In this document: piece by piece, positions 1 through 15,200 of the stretch
Numbering within the stretch: position 1 is the first letter of the stretch
How the letters are laid out: the number at the start of each line of letters is the position of its first letter
Assembly: GCA_040954595.2 (NCBI GenBank)
Contig: CM082582.2
Location: 1,534,303-1,598,302, forward strand
Reading direction: 5' to 3'
Length of the DNA stretch: 64,000 bases
Source: Balanoglossus misakiensis
Lineage: Eukaryota; Animalia; Hemichordata
Translations under genes and position numbers: made by a program
The notes under the pieces: generated by a model
What the model was told of the DNA's origin: nothing
What the model saw: the letters and a program-made list of their open reading frames with translations, nothing else
Databases searched by the model: none

Positions 1-3000
1 CATTTTTTGATGATTTTTACCCATGATTTTTATTCAAAATTGACGAAATTTTGAGATTTTGCAAAGTCGAAAATTTGTCATTTTTTCATGATTTTCCCCC
101 ATGATTTTTTCAAAAATCGACGAAATTTTGAGATTTTGCAAAGTCGAAAATTTGTCATTTTTTGATGATTTTCCCCCATGTTTTTTTTTTTAAATGGACG
201 AAATTTTGAGATTTTGCAAAGACGAAAATTTGTTATTTTTTGATGATTTTCACCCATGATTTTTTCAAAAATTGACGAAATTTTGAGATTTTGCAAAGTC
301 GAAAATTTGTCATTTTTTGATGATTTTCACACATGATTTTTTTCAAAAATCGACGAAATTGTGAGATTTTGCAAAGACGAAAATTTGTCATTTTTTGATG
401 ATTTTTACCCATGATTTTTATTCAAAATTGACGAAATTTTGAGATTTTGCAAAGTCGAAAATTTCTCATTTTTTGGTGCATTTTCACCCATGATTTTTTT
501 TCAAAAATCGACGAAATTGTGAGATTTTGCAAAGTCGAAAATTTCTCATTTTTTGGTGCATTTTCACCCATGATTTTTTTTCAAAAATCGACGAAATTGT
601 GAGATTTTGCAAAGTCGAAAATTTGTCATTTTTTGATGATTTTCACCCGTTTTTTTTTTTAAATTTGTCATTTTTTGATGATTTTCACCCATGTTTTTTT
701 TTAAAAAATCAACAAAATTTTGAGATTTTGCGAAGTCGAAAATTTGTCATTTTTTGATGATTTTCACCGATGATTTTTTTCAACAATCGAAAAAATTTTG
801 AGATTTTGCAAAGTCGAAAATTTGTCATTTTTTTGATGATTTTCACCCATGATTTTTTTCAAAAATCGACGAAATTTTGAGATTTTGCAAAGTCGAAAAT
901 TTGTCATTTTTTGATGATTTTCACCCATGATTTTTTTCAAAATTGACGAAATTTTGAGATTTTGCAAAGTCGAAAATTTCTCATTTTTTGGTGCATTTTC
1001 ACCCATGATTTTTTTTCAAAAATCGACGAAATTGTGAGATTTTGCAAAGTCGAAAATTTGTCATTTTTTGATGATTTTCACCCATGATTTTTATTCAAAA
1101 TTGACGAAATGTTGAGATTTTGCAAAGTCGAAAATTTGTCATTTTTTGATGATTTTCCCCCATGATTGTTTTTTAAAAATGGACGAAAGTTTGAGATTTT
1201 GCAAAGACGAAAATTTGTCATTTTTTGATGATTTTCACCAATGATTTTTTTCAAAAAACGACGAAATTTTGTTTTTGAGATTTTGCAGAGGAAAATGTGT
1301 CATTTTTTGATGATTTTCACCCGTTTTTTTTTTCAAAATTTGTCATTTTTTGATGATTTTCTCCCATGATTTTTTTCAAAAATTGACGAAATTTTGAGAT
1401 TTTGCAAACTCGAAAATTTGTCATTTTTTGATGATTTTCACCCATGATTTTTTTCAAAAATCGACGAAATTTTGAGATTTTGCAAAGTCGAAAATTTGTC
1501 ATTTTTTGATGATTTTCCCCCCATGTTTTTTTTTTTAAATGGACGAAATTTTGAGATTTTGCAAAGACGAAAATTTGTTATTTTTTGATGATTTTCACCC
1601 ATGATTTTTTCAAAAATTGACGAAATTTTGAGATTTTGCAAAGACGAAAATTTGTCATTTTTTGATGATTTTTACCCATGATTTTTATTCAAAATTGACG
1701 AAATTTTGAGATTTTGCAAAGTCGAAAATTTGTCATTTTTTCATGATTTTCCCCCATGATTTTTTTCAAAAATCGACGAAATTTTGAGATTTTGCAAAGT
1801 CGAAAATTTGTCATTTTTTGATGATTTTCCCCCATGTTTTTTTTTTTAAATGGACGAAATTTTGAGATTTTGCAAAGACGAAAATTTGTTATTTTTTGAT
1901 GATTTTCACCCATGATTTTTTCAAAAATTGACGAAATTTTGAGATTTTGCAAAGTCGAAAATTTGTCATTTTTTGATGATTTTCACACATGATTTTTTTC
2001 AAAAATCGACGAAATTGTGAGATTTTGCAAAGACGAAAATTTGTCATTTTTTGATGATTTTTACCCATGATTTTTATTCAAAATTGACGAAATTTTGAGA
2101 TTTTGCAAAGTCGAAAATTTCTCATTTTTTGGTGCATTTTCACCCATGATTTTTTTTCAAAAATCGACGAAATTGTGAGATTTTGCAAAGTCGAAAATTT
2201 GTCATTTTTTGATGATTTTCACCCATGATTTTTATTCAAAATTGACGAAATTTTGAGATTTTGCAAAGTCGAAAATTTGTCATTTTTTGATGATTTTCAC
2301 CCATGATTTTTTCAAAAATTGACGAAATGTTGAGATTTTGCAAAGTCGAAAATTTGTCATTTTTTGATGATTTTCCCCCATGATTGTTTTTTAAAAATGG
2401 ACGAAAGTTTGAGATTTTGCAAAGACGAAAATTTGTCATTTTTTGATGATTTTCACCAATGATTTTTTTTCAAAAAACGACGAAATTTTGAGATTTTGCA
2501 AAGACGAAAATTTGTCATTTTTTGATGATTTTCACCCGTTTTTTTTTTTTCAAAATTTGTCATTTTTTGATGATTTTCTCCCATGATTTTTTTCAAAAAT
2601 TGACGAAATTTTGAGATTTTGCAAAGTCGAAAATTTGTCATTTTTGATGATTTTTACCCATGATTTTTTTTCAAAAATGGACGAAATTTTGAGATTTTGC
2701 AAAGACGAAAATTTGTCATTTTTTGATGATTTTCACCAATGATTTTTTTTCAAAAAACGACGAAATTTTGTTTTTGAGATTTTGCAGAGGAAAATGTGTC
2801 ATTTTTTGATGATTTTCACCCGTTTTTTTTTTCAAAATTTGTCATTTTTTGATGATTTTCTCCCATGATTTTTTTCAAAAATTGACGAAATTTTGAGATT
2901 TTGCAAAGTCGAAAATTTGTCATTTTTTGATGATTTTCACCCATGATTTTTTCAAAAATTGACGAAATTTTGAGATTTTGCAAAGTCGAAAATTTGTCAT

Positions 3001-6000
3001 TTTTTGATGATTTTCACACATGATTTTTTTCAAAAATCGACGAAATTGTGAGATTTTGCAAAGACGAAAATTTGTCATTTTTTGATGATTTTTACCCATG
3101 ATTTTTTTTCAAAAATGGACGAAATTTTGAGGTTTTGCAAAGTCGAAAATTTGTTATTTTTTGATGATTTTCACCCATGTCTTTTTTTAAAAATCGACGA
3201 AATTTTGAGATTTTGCAAAGAGGAAAATTTGTCATTTTTTCATGATTTTCCCCCATGATTTTTTTCAAAAATCGACGAAATTTTGAGATTTTGCAAAGTC
3301 GACGAAAATGTGTCATTTTTTGATGATTTTCACCCGTTTTTTTTCAAAATTTGTCATTTTTTGATGATTTTCACCCATGTTTTTTTTTTAAAAAATCGAC
3401 GAACCTATGATTTTTTTCAAAATCGACGAAATTTTGTGATTTTACAAAGTCGAAAATTTTGTCATTTTTTGATGATTTTCAACCATGATTTTTTTTCAAA
3501 AATCGACGAAATTTTGAGATTTTGCAAAGTCGTAAATGTGTCATTTTTTGATGATTTTCACCCGGTTTTTTTTCAAAAATCGACGAAATTTTGAGATTTT
3601 GCAAAGTCGTAAATGTGTCATTTTTTGATGATTTTCACCCCGTTTTTTTTTCAAAATTTGTCATTTTTTGATGATTTTCACCCATGATTTTTATTCAAAA
3701 TTGACGAAATTTTGAGATTTTGCAAAGTCGAAAATTTGTCATTTTTTGATGATTTTCACCCATGATTTTTTCAAAAATTGACGAAATGTTGAGATTTTGC
3801 AAAGTCGAAAATTTGTCATTTTTTGATGATTTTCCCCCATGATTGTTTTTTAAAAATGGACGAAAGTTTGAGATTTTGCAAAGACGAAAATTTGTCATTT
3901 TTTGATGATTTTCACCAATGATTTTTTTTCAAAAAACGACGAAATTTTGAGATTTTGCAGAGGAAAATGTGTCATTTTTTGATGATTTTCACCCGTTTTT
4001 TTTTTTTCAAAATTTGTCATTTTTTGATGATTTTCTCCCATGATTTTTTTCAAAAATTGACGAAATTTTGAGATTTTGCAAAGTCGAAAATTTGTCATTT
4101 TTGATGATTTTTACCCATGATTTTTTTTCAAAAATGGACGAAATTTTGAGATTTTGCAAAGACGAAAATTTGTCATTTTTTGATGATTTTCACCAATGAT
4201 TTTTTTTTCAAAAAACGACGAAATTTTGTTTTTGAGATTTTGCAGAGGAAAATGTGTCATTTTTTGATGATTTTCACCCGTTTTTTTTTTCAAAATTTGT
4301 CATTTTTTGATGATTTTCTCCCATGATTTTTTTCAAAAATTGACGAAATTTTGAGATTTTGCAAAGTCGAAAATTTGTCATTTTTTGATGATTTTCACCC
4401 ATGATTTTTTTCAAAAATGGACGAAATTTTGAGATTTTGCAAAGTCGAAAATTTGTTATTTTTTGATGATTTTCACCCATGATTTTTTCAAAAATTGACG
4501 AAATTTTGAGATTTTGCAAAGTCGAAAATTTGTCATTTTTTATGATTTTCACACATGATTTTTTTCAAAAATCGACGAAATTGTGAGATTTTGCAAAGAC
4601 GAAAATTTGTCATTTTTTGATGATTTTTACCCATGATTTTTTTTCAAAAATGGACGAAATTTTGAGGTTTTGCAAAGTCGAAAATTTGTTATTTTTTGAT
4701 GATTTTCACCCATGTCTTTTTTTAAAAATCGACGAAATTTTGAGATTTTGCAAAGAGGAAAATTTGTCATTTTTTCATGATTTTCCCCCATGATTTTTTT
4801 CAAAAATCGACGAAATTTTGAGATTTTGCAAAGTCGACGAAAATGTGTCATTTTTTGATGATTTTCACCCGTTTTTTTTCAAAATTTGTCATTTTTTGAT
4901 GATTTTCACCCATGTTTTTTTTTTTAAAAATCGACGAACCTATGATTTTTTTCAAAATCGACGAAATTTTGTGATTTTACAAAGTCGACAATTTTGTCAT
5001 TTTTTGATGATTTTCAACCATGATTTTTTTTCAAAAATCGACGAAATTTTGAGATTTTGCAAAGTCGTAAATGTGTCATTTTTTGATGATTTTCACCCGG
5101 TTTTTTTTCAAAAATCGACGAAATTTTGAGATTTTGCAAAGAGGAAAATTTGTCATTTTTCATGATTTTCCCCCATGATTTTTTTCAAAATCGACGAAAT
5201 TTTGAGATTTTGCAAAGACGAAAATTTGTCATTTTTGATGATTTTTACCCATGATTTTTTTTCAAAAATGGACGAAATTTTGAGATTTTGCAAAGACGAA
5301 AATTTGTCATTTTTTGATGATTTTCACCAATGATTTTTTTTCAAAAAACGACGAAATTTTGAGATTTTGCAGAGGAAAATGTGTCATTTTTTGATGATTT
5401 TCACCCGTTTTTTTTTTTTCAAAATTTGTCATTTTTTGATGATTTTCTCCCATGATTTTTTTCAAAAATTGACGAAATTTTGAGATTTTGCAAAGTCGAA
5501 AATTTGTCATTTTTGATGATTTTTACCCATGATTTTTTTTCAAAAATGGACGAAATTTTGAGATTTTGCAAAGACGAAAATTTGTCATTTTTTGATGATT
5601 TTCACCAATGATTTTTTTTCAAAAAACGACGAAATTTTGAGATTTTGCAGAGGAAAATGTGTCATTTTTTGATGATTTTCACCCGTTTTTTTTTTCAAAA
5701 TTTGTCATTTTTTGATGATTTTCTCCCATGATTTTTTTCAAAAATTGACGAAATTTTGAGATTTTGCAAAGTCGAAAATTTGTCATTTTTGATGATTTTT
5801 ACCCATGATTTTTTTTCAAAAATGGACGAAATTTTGAGATTTTGCAAAGACGAAAATTTGTCATTTTTTGATGATTTTCACCAATGATTTTTTTTCAAAA
5901 AACGACGAAATTTTGAGAATTTGCAGAGGAAAATGTGTCATTTTTTGATGATTTTCACCCGTTTTTTTTTTCAAAATTTGTCATTTTTTGATGATTTTCT

Positions 6001-6213
6001 CCCATGATTTTTTTCAAAAATTGACGAAATTTTGAGATTTTGCAAAGTCGAAAATTTGTCATTTTTGATGATTTTTACCCATGATTTTTTTTCAAAAATG
6101 GACGAAATTTTGAGATTTTGCAAAGACGAAAATTTGTCATTTTTTGATGATTTTCACCAATGATTTTTTTTCAAAAAACGACGAAATTTTGAGAATTTGC
6201 AGAGGAAAATGTG

Positions 6214-9200
6214 TCATTTTTTGATGATTTTCACCCGTTTTTTTTTTTCAAAATTTGTCATTTTTTGATGATTTTCTCCCATGATTTTTTTCAAAAATTG
6301 ACGAAATTTTGAGATTTTGCAAAGTCGAAAATTTGTCATTTTTTGATGATTTTCACCCATGATTTTTTTCAAAATTGACGAAATTTTGAGATTTTGCAAA
6401 GTCGAAAATTTCTCATTTTTTGGTGCATTTTCACCCATGATTTTTTTTCAAAAATCGATGAAATTGTGAGATTTTGCAAAGTCGAAAATTTGTCATTTTT
6501 TGATGATTTTCACCCATGATTTTTATTCAAAATTGACGAAATTTTGAGATTTTGCAAAGTCGAAAATTTGTCATTTTTTGATGATTTTCACCCATGATTT
6601 TTTCAAAAATTGACGAAATGTTGAGATTTTGCAAAGTCGAAAATTTGTCATTTTTTGATGATTTTCCCCCATGATTGTTTTTTAAAAATGGACGAAAGTT
6701 TGAGATTTTGCAAAGACGAAAATTTGTCATTTTTTGATGATTTTCACCAATGATTTTTTTTCAAAAAACGACGAAATTTTGAGATTTTGCAGAGGAAAAT
6801 GTGTCATTTTTTGATGATTTTCACCCGTTTTTTTTTTTTCAAAATTTGTCATTTTTTGATGATTTTCTCCCATGATTTTTTTCAAAAATTGACGAAATTT
6901 TGAGATTTTGCAAAGTCGAAAATTTGTCATTTTTGATGATTTTTACCCATGATTTTTTTTCAAAAATGGACGAAATTTTGAGATTTTGCAAAGACGAAAA
7001 TTTGTCATTTTTTGATGATTTTCACCAATGATTTTTTTTCAAAAAACGACGAAATTTTGTTTTTGAGATTTTGCAGAGGAAAATGTGTCATTTTTTGATG
7101 ATTTTCACCCGTTTTTTTTTTCAAAATTTGTCATTTTTTGATGATTTTCTCCCATGATTTTTTTCAAAAATTGACGAAATTTTGAGATTTTGCAAAGTCG
7201 AAAATTTGTCATTTTTTGATGATTTTCACCCATGATTTTTTTCAAAAATCGACGAAATTTTGAGATTTTGCAAAGTCGAAAATTTGTCATTTTTTGATGA
7301 TTTTCCCCCATGTTTTTTTTTTTAAATGGACGAAATTTTGAGATTTTGCAAAGACGAAAATTTGTTATTTTTTGATGATTTTCACCCATGATTTTTTCAA
7401 AAATTGACGAAATTTTGAGATTTTGCAAAGTCGAAAATTTGTCATTTTTTATGATTTTCACACATGATTTTTTTCAAAAATCGACGAAATTGTGAGATTT
7501 TGCAAAGACGAAAATTTGTCATTTTTTGATGATTTTTACCCATGATTTTTTTTCAAAAATGGACGAAATTTTGAGGTTTTGCAAAGTCGAAAATTTGTTA
7601 TTTTTTGATGATTTTCACCCATGTCTTTTTTTAAAAATCGACGAAATTTTGAGATTTTGCAAAGAGGAAAATTTGTCATTTTTTCATGATTTTCCCCCAT
7701 GATTTTTTTCAAAAATCGACGAAATTTTGAGATTTTGCAAAGTCGACGAAAATGTGTCATTTTTTGATGATTTTCACCCGTTTTTTTTCAAAATTTGTCA
7801 TTTTTTGATGATTTTCACCCATGTTTTTTTTTTTTAAAAATCGACGAACCTATGATTTTTTTCAAAATCGACGAAATTTTGTGATTTTACAAAGTCGACA
7901 ATTTTGCCATTTTTTGATGATTTTCAACCATGATTTTTTTTCAAAAATCGACGAAATTTTGAGATTTTGCAAAGACGAAAATTTGTCATTTTTTGATGAT
8001 TTTCACCCATGATTTTTTTTCAAAAATCGACGAAATTTTGAGATTTTGCAAACAGGAAAATTTGTCATTTTTTCATGATTTTCCCCCATGATTTTTTTCA
8101 AAAATCGACGAAATTTTGAGATTTTGCAAAGAGGAAAATTTGTCATTTTTTCATGATTTTCCCCCATGATTTTTTTCAAAAATCGACGAAATTTTGTGAT
8201 TTTACAAAGTCGAAAATTTTGTCATTTTTTGATGATTTTCAACCATGATTTTTTTTCAAAAATCGACGAAAATTTGAGATTTTGCAAAGACGAAAATTTG
8301 TCATTTTTGATGATTTTTACCCATGATTTTTTTTCAAAAATGGACGAAATTTTGAGATTTTGCAAAGACGAAAATTTGTCATTTTTTGATGATTTTCACC
8401 CATGATTTTTTTCAAAAATCGACGAAATTTTGAGATTTTGCAAAGTCGACGAAAATGTGTCATTTTTTGATGATTTTCACCCGTTTTTTTTCAAAATTTG
8501 TCATTTTTTGATGATTTTCACCCATGTTTTTTTTTTTTAAAAATCGACGAACCTATGATTTTTTTCAAAATCGACGAAATTTTGTGATTTTACAAAGTCG
8601 ACAATTTTGTCATTTTTTGATGATTTTCAACCATGATTTTTTTTCAAAAATCGACGAAATTTTGAGATTTTGCAAAGTCGTAAATGTGTCATTTTTTGAT
8701 GATTTTCACCCGGTTTTTTTTCAAAAATCGACGAAATTTTGAGATTTTGCAAAGAGGAAAATTTGTCATTTTTTCATGATTTTCCCCCATGATTTTTTTC
8801 AAAAATCGACGAAATTTTGAGATTTTGCAAAGACGAAAATTTGTCATTTTTGATGATTTTTACCCATGATTTTTTTTCAAAAATGGACGAAATTTTGAGA
8901 TTTTGCAAAGACGAAAATTTGTCATTTTTTGATGATTTTCACCAATGATTTTTTTTCAAAAAACGACGAAATTTTGAGATTTTGCAGAGGAAAATGTGTC
9001 ATTTTTTGATGATTTTCACCCGTTTTTTTTTTTTCAAAATTTGTCATTTTTTGATGATTTTCTCCCATGATTTTTTTCAAAAATTGACGAAATTTTGAGA
9101 TTTTGCAAAGTCGAAAATTTGTCATTTTTGATGATTTTTACCCATGATTTTTTTTCAAAAATGGACGAAATTTTGAGATTTTGCAAAGACGAAAATTTGT

Positions 9201-12200
9201 CATTTTTTGATGATTTTCACCAATGATTTTTTTTCAAAAAACGACGAAATTTTGAGATTTTGCAGAGGAAAATGTGTCATTTTTTGATGATTTTCACCCG
9301 TTTTTTTTTTCAAAATTTGTCATTTTTTGATGATTTTCTCCCATGATTTTTTTCAAAAATTGACGAAATTTTGAGATTTTGCAAAGTCGAAAATTTGTCA
9401 TTTTTGATGATTTTTACCCATGATTTTTTTTCAAAAATGGACGAAATTTTGAGATTTTGCAAAGACGAAAATTTGTCATTTTTTGATGATTTTCACCAAT
9501 GATTTTTTTTCAAAAAACGACGAAATTTTGAGATTTTGCAGAGGAAAATGTGTCATTTTTTGATGATTTTCACCCGTTTTTTTTTTTTCAAAATTTGTCA
9601 TTTTTTGATGATTTTCTCCCATGATTTTTTTCAAAAATTGACGAAATTTTGAGATTTTGCAAAGTCGAAAATTTGTCATTTTTGATGATTTTTACCCATG
9701 ATTTTTTTTCAAAAATGGACGAAATTTTGAGATTTTGCAAAGACGAAAATTTGTCATTTTTTGATGATTTTCACCAATGATTTTTTTTCAAAAAACGACG
9801 AAATTTTGAGATTTTGCAGAGGAAAATGTGTCATTTTTTGACGATTTTCACCCGTTTTTTTTTTCAAAATTTGTCATTTTTTGATGATTTTCTCCCATGA
9901 TTTTTTTCAAAAATTGACGAAATTTTGAGATTTTGCAAAGTCGAAAATTTGTCATTTTTGATGATTTTTACCCATGATTTTTTTTCAAAAATCGACGAAA
10001 TTTTGAGATTTTGCAAAGACGAAAATTTGTCATTTTTTGATGATTTTCACCAATGATTTTTTTTCAAAAAACGACGAAATTTTGAGAATTTGCAGAGGAA
10101 AATGTGTCATTTTTTGATGATTTTCACCCGTTTTTTTTTTCAAAATTTGTCATTTTTTGATGATTTTCTCCCATGATTTTTTTCAAAAATTGACGAAATT
10201 TTGAGATTTTGCAAAGTCGAAAATTTGTCATTTTTGATGATTTTTACCCATGATTTTTTTTCAAAAATGGACGAAATTTTGAGATTTTGCAAAGACGAAA
10301 ATTTGTCATTTTTTGATGATTTTCACCAATGATTTTTTTTCAAAAAACGACGAAATTTTGAGAATTTGCAGAGGAAAATGTGTCATTTTTTGATGATTTT
10401 CACCCGTTTTTTTTTTTCAAAATTTGTCATTTTTTGATGATTTTCTCCCATGATTTTTTTCAAAAATTGACGAAATTTTGAGATTTTGCAAAGTCGAAAA
10501 TTTGTCATTTTTTGATGATTTTCACCCATGATTTTTTTCAAAATTGACGAAATTTTGAGATTTTGCAAAGTCGAAAATTTCTCATTTTTTGGTGCATTTT
10601 CACCCATGATTTTTTTTCAAAAATCGACGAAATTGTGAGATTTTGCAAAGTCGAAAATTTGTCATTTTTTGATGATTTTCACCCATGATTTTTATTCAAA
10701 ATTGACGAAATTTTGAGATTTTGCAAAGTCGAAAATTTGTCATTTTTTGATGATTTTCACCCATGATTTTTTCAAAAATTGACGAAATGTTGAGATTTTG
10801 CAAAGTCGAAAATTTGTCATTTTTTGATGATTTTCCCCCATGATTGTTTTTTAAAAATGGACGAAAGTTTGAGATTTTGCAAAGACGAAAATTTGTCATT
10901 TTTTGATGATTTTCACCAATGATTTTTTTTCAAAAAACGACGAAATTTTGAGATTTTGCAGAGGAAAATGTGTCATTTTTTGATGATTTTCACCCGTTTT
11001 TTTTTTTTCAAAATTTGTCATTTTTTGATGATTTTCTCCCATGATTTTTTTCAAAAATTGACGAAATTTTGAGATTTTGCAAAGTCGAAAATTTGTCATT
11101 TTTGATGATTTTTACCCATGATTTTTTTTCAAAAATGGACGAAATTTTGAGATTTTGCAAAGACGAAAATTTGTCATTTTTTGATGATTTTCACCAATGA
11201 TTTTTTTTCAAAAAACGACGAAATTTTGTTTTTGAGATTTTGCAGAGGAAAATGTGTCATTTTTTGATGATTTTCACCCGTTTTTTTTTTCAAAATTTGT
11301 CATTTTTTGATGATTTTCTCCCATGATTTTTTTCAAAAATTGACGAAATTTTGAGATTTTGCAAAGTCGAAAATTTGTCATTTTTTGATGATTTTCACCC
11401 ATGATTTTTTTCAAAAATCGACGAAATTTTGAGATTTTGCAAAGTCGAAAATTTGTCATTTTTTGATGATTTTCCCCCATGTTTTTTTTTTTAAATGGAC
11501 GAAATTTTGAGATTTTGCAAAGACGAAAATTTGTTATTTTTTGATGATTTTCACCCATGATTTTTTCAAAAATTGACGAAATTTTGAGATTTTGCAAAGT
11601 CGAAAATTTGTCATTTTTTATGATTTTCACACATGATTTTTTTCAAAAATCGACGAAATTGTGAGATTTTGCAAAGACGAAAATTTGTCATTTTTTGATG
11701 ATTTTTACCCATGATTTTTTTTCAAAAATGGACGAAATTTTGAGGTTTTGCAAAGTCGAAAATTTGTTATTTTTTGATGATTTTCACCCATGTCTTTTTT
11801 TAAAAATCGACGAAATTTTGAGATTTTGCAAAGAGGAAAATTTGTCATTTTTTCATGATTTTCCCCCATGATTTTTTTCAAAAATCGACGAAATTTTGAG
11901 ATTTTGCAAAGTCGACGAAAATGTGTCATTTTTTGATGATTTTCACCCGTTTTTTTTCAAAATTTGTCATTTTTTGATGATTTTCACCCATGTTTTTTTT
12001 TTTTAAAAATCGACGAACCTATGATTTTTTTCAAAATCGACGAAATTTTGTGATTTTACAAAGTCGACAATTTTGCCATTTTTTGATGATTTTCAACCAT
12101 GATTTTTTTTCAAAAATCGACGAAATTTTGAGATTTTGCAAACAGGAAAATTTGTCATTTTTTCATGATTTTCCCCCATGATTTTTTTCAAAAATCGACG

Positions 12201-15200
12201 AAATTTTGAGATTTTGCAAAGAGGAAAATTTGTCATTTTTTCATGATTTTCCCCCATGATTTTTTTCAAAAATCGACGAAATTTTGTGATTTTACAAAGT
12301 CGAAAATTTTGTCATTTTTTGATGATTTTCAACCATGATTTTTTTTCAAAAATCGACGAAAATTTGAGATTTTGCAAAGACGAAAATTTGTCATTTTTGA
12401 TGATTTTTACCCATGATTTTTTTTCAAAAATGGACGAAATTTTGAGATTTTGCAAAGACGAAAATTTGTCATTTTTTGATGATTTTCACCCATGATTTTT
12501 TTCAAAAATCGACGAAATTTTGAGATTTTGCAAAGTCGACGAAAATGTGTCATTTTTTGATGATTTTCACCCGTTTTTTTTCAAAATTTGTCATTTTTTG
12601 ATGATTTTCACCCATGTTTTTTTTTTTAAAAAATCGACGAACCTATGATTTTTTTCAAAATCGACGAAATTTTGTGATTTTACAAAGTCGACAATTTTGT
12701 CATTTTTTGATGATTTTCAACCATGATTTTTTTTCAAAAATCGACGAAATTTTGAGATTTTGCAAAGTCGTAAATGTGTCATTTTTTGATGATTTTCACC
12801 CGGTTTTTTTTCAAAAATCGACGAAATTTTGAGATTTTGCAAAGAGGAAAATTTGTCATTTTTTCATGATTTTCCCCCATGATTTTTTTCAAAAATCGAC
12901 GAAATTTTGAGATTTTGCAAAGACGAAAATTTGTCATTTTTGATGATTTTTACCCATGATTTTTTTTCAAAAATGGACGAAATTTTGAGATTTTGCAAAG
13001 ACGAAAATTTGTCATTTTTTGATGATTTTCACCAATGATTTTTTTTCAAAAAACGACGAAATTTTGAGATTTTGCAGAGGAAAATGTGTCATTTTTTGAT
13101 GATTTTCACCCGTTTTTTTTTTTCAAAATTTGTCATTTTTTGATGATTTTCTCCCATGATTTTTTTCAAAAATTGACGAAATTTTGAGATTTTGCAAAGT
13201 CGAAAATTTGTCATTTTTGATGATTTTTACCCATGATTTTTTTTCAAAAATGGACGAAATTTTGAGATTTTGCAAAGACGAAAATTTGTCATTTTTTGAT
13301 GATTTTCACCAATGATTTTTTTTCAAAAAACGACGAAATTTTGAGATTTTGCAGAGGAAAATGTGTCATTTTTTGATGATTTTCACCCGTTTTTTTTTTC
13401 AAAATTTGTCATTTTTTGATGATTTTCTCCCATGATTTTTTTCAAAAATTGACGAAATTTTGAGATTTTGCAAAGTCGAAAATTTGTCATTTTTGATGAT
13501 TTTTACCCATGATTTTTTTTCAAAAATGGACGAAATTTTGAGATTTTGCAAAGACGAAAATTTGTCATTTTTTGATGATTTTCACCAATGATTTTTTTTC
13601 AAAAAACGACGAAATTTTGAGATTTTGCAGAGGAAAATGTGTCATTTTTTGATGATTTTCACCCGTTTTTTTTTTTTCAAAATTTGTCATTTTTTGATGA
13701 TTTTCTCCCATGATTTTTTTCAAAAATTGACGAAATTTTGAGATTTTGCAAAGTCGAAAATTTGTCATTTTTGATGATTTTTACCCATGATTTTTTTTCA
13801 AAAATGGACGAAATTTTGAGATTTTGCAAAGACGAAAATTTGTCATTTTTTGATGATTTTCACCAATGATTTTTTTTCAAAAAACGACGAAATTTTGAGA
13901 TTTTGCAGAGGAAAATGTGTCATTTTTTGACGATTTTCACCCGTTTTTTTTTTCAAAATTTGTCATTTTTTGATGATTTTCTCCCATGATTTTTTTCAAA
14001 AATTGACGAAATTTTGAGATTTTGCAAAGTCGAAAATTTGTCATTTTTGATGATTTTTACCCATGATTTTTTTTCAAAAATCGACGAAATTTTGAGATTT
14101 TGCAAAGACGAAAATTTGTCATTTTTTGATGATTTTCACCAATGATTTTTTTTCAAAAAACGACGAAATTTTGAGAATTTGCAGAGGAAAATGTGTCATT
14201 TTTTGATGATTTTCACCCGTTTTTTTTTTCAAAATTTGTCATTTTTTGATGATTTTCTCCCATGATTTTTTTCAAAAATTGACGAAATTTTGAGATTTTG
14301 CAAAGTCGAAAATTTGTCATTTTTGATGATTTTTACCCATGATTTTTTTTCAAAAATGGACGAAATTTTGAGATTTTGCAAAGACGAAAATTTGTCATTT
14401 TTTGATGATTTTCACCAATGATTTTTTTTCAAAAAACGACGAAATTTTGAGAATTTGCAGAGGAAAATGTGTCATTTTTTGATGATTTTCACCCGTTTTT
14501 TTTTTTCAAAATTTGTCATTTTTTGATGATTTTCTCCCATGATTTTTTTCAAAAATTGACGAAATTTTGAGATTTTGCAAAGTCGAAAATTTGTCATTTT
14601 TTGATGATTTTCACCCATGATTTTTTTCAAAATTGACGAAATTTTGAGATTTTGCAAAGTCGAAAATTTCTCATTTTTTGGTGCATTTTCACCCATGATT
14701 TTTTTTCAAAAATCGACGAAATTGTGAGATTTTGCAAAGTCGAAAATTTGTCATTTTTTGATGATTTTCACCCATGATTTTTATTCAAAATTGACGAAAT
14801 TTTGAGATTTTGCAAAGTCGAAAATTTGTCATTTTTTGATGATTTTCACCCATGATTTTTTCAAAAATTGACGAAATGTTGAGATTTTGCAAAGTCGAAA
14901 ATTTGTCATTTTTTGATGATTTTCCCCCATGATTGTTTTTTAAAAATGGACGAAAGTTTGAGATTTTGCAAAGACGAAAATTTGTCATTTTTTGATGATT
15001 TTCACCAATGATTTTTTTTCAAAAAACGACGAAATTTTGAGATTTTACAAAGTCGAAAATTTTGTCATTTTTTGATGATTTTCAACCATGATTTTTTTTC
15101 AAAAATCGACGAAAATTTGAGATTTTGCAAAGACGAAAATTTGTCATTTTTGATGATTTTTACCCATGATTTTTTTTCAAAAATGGACGAAATTTTGAGA

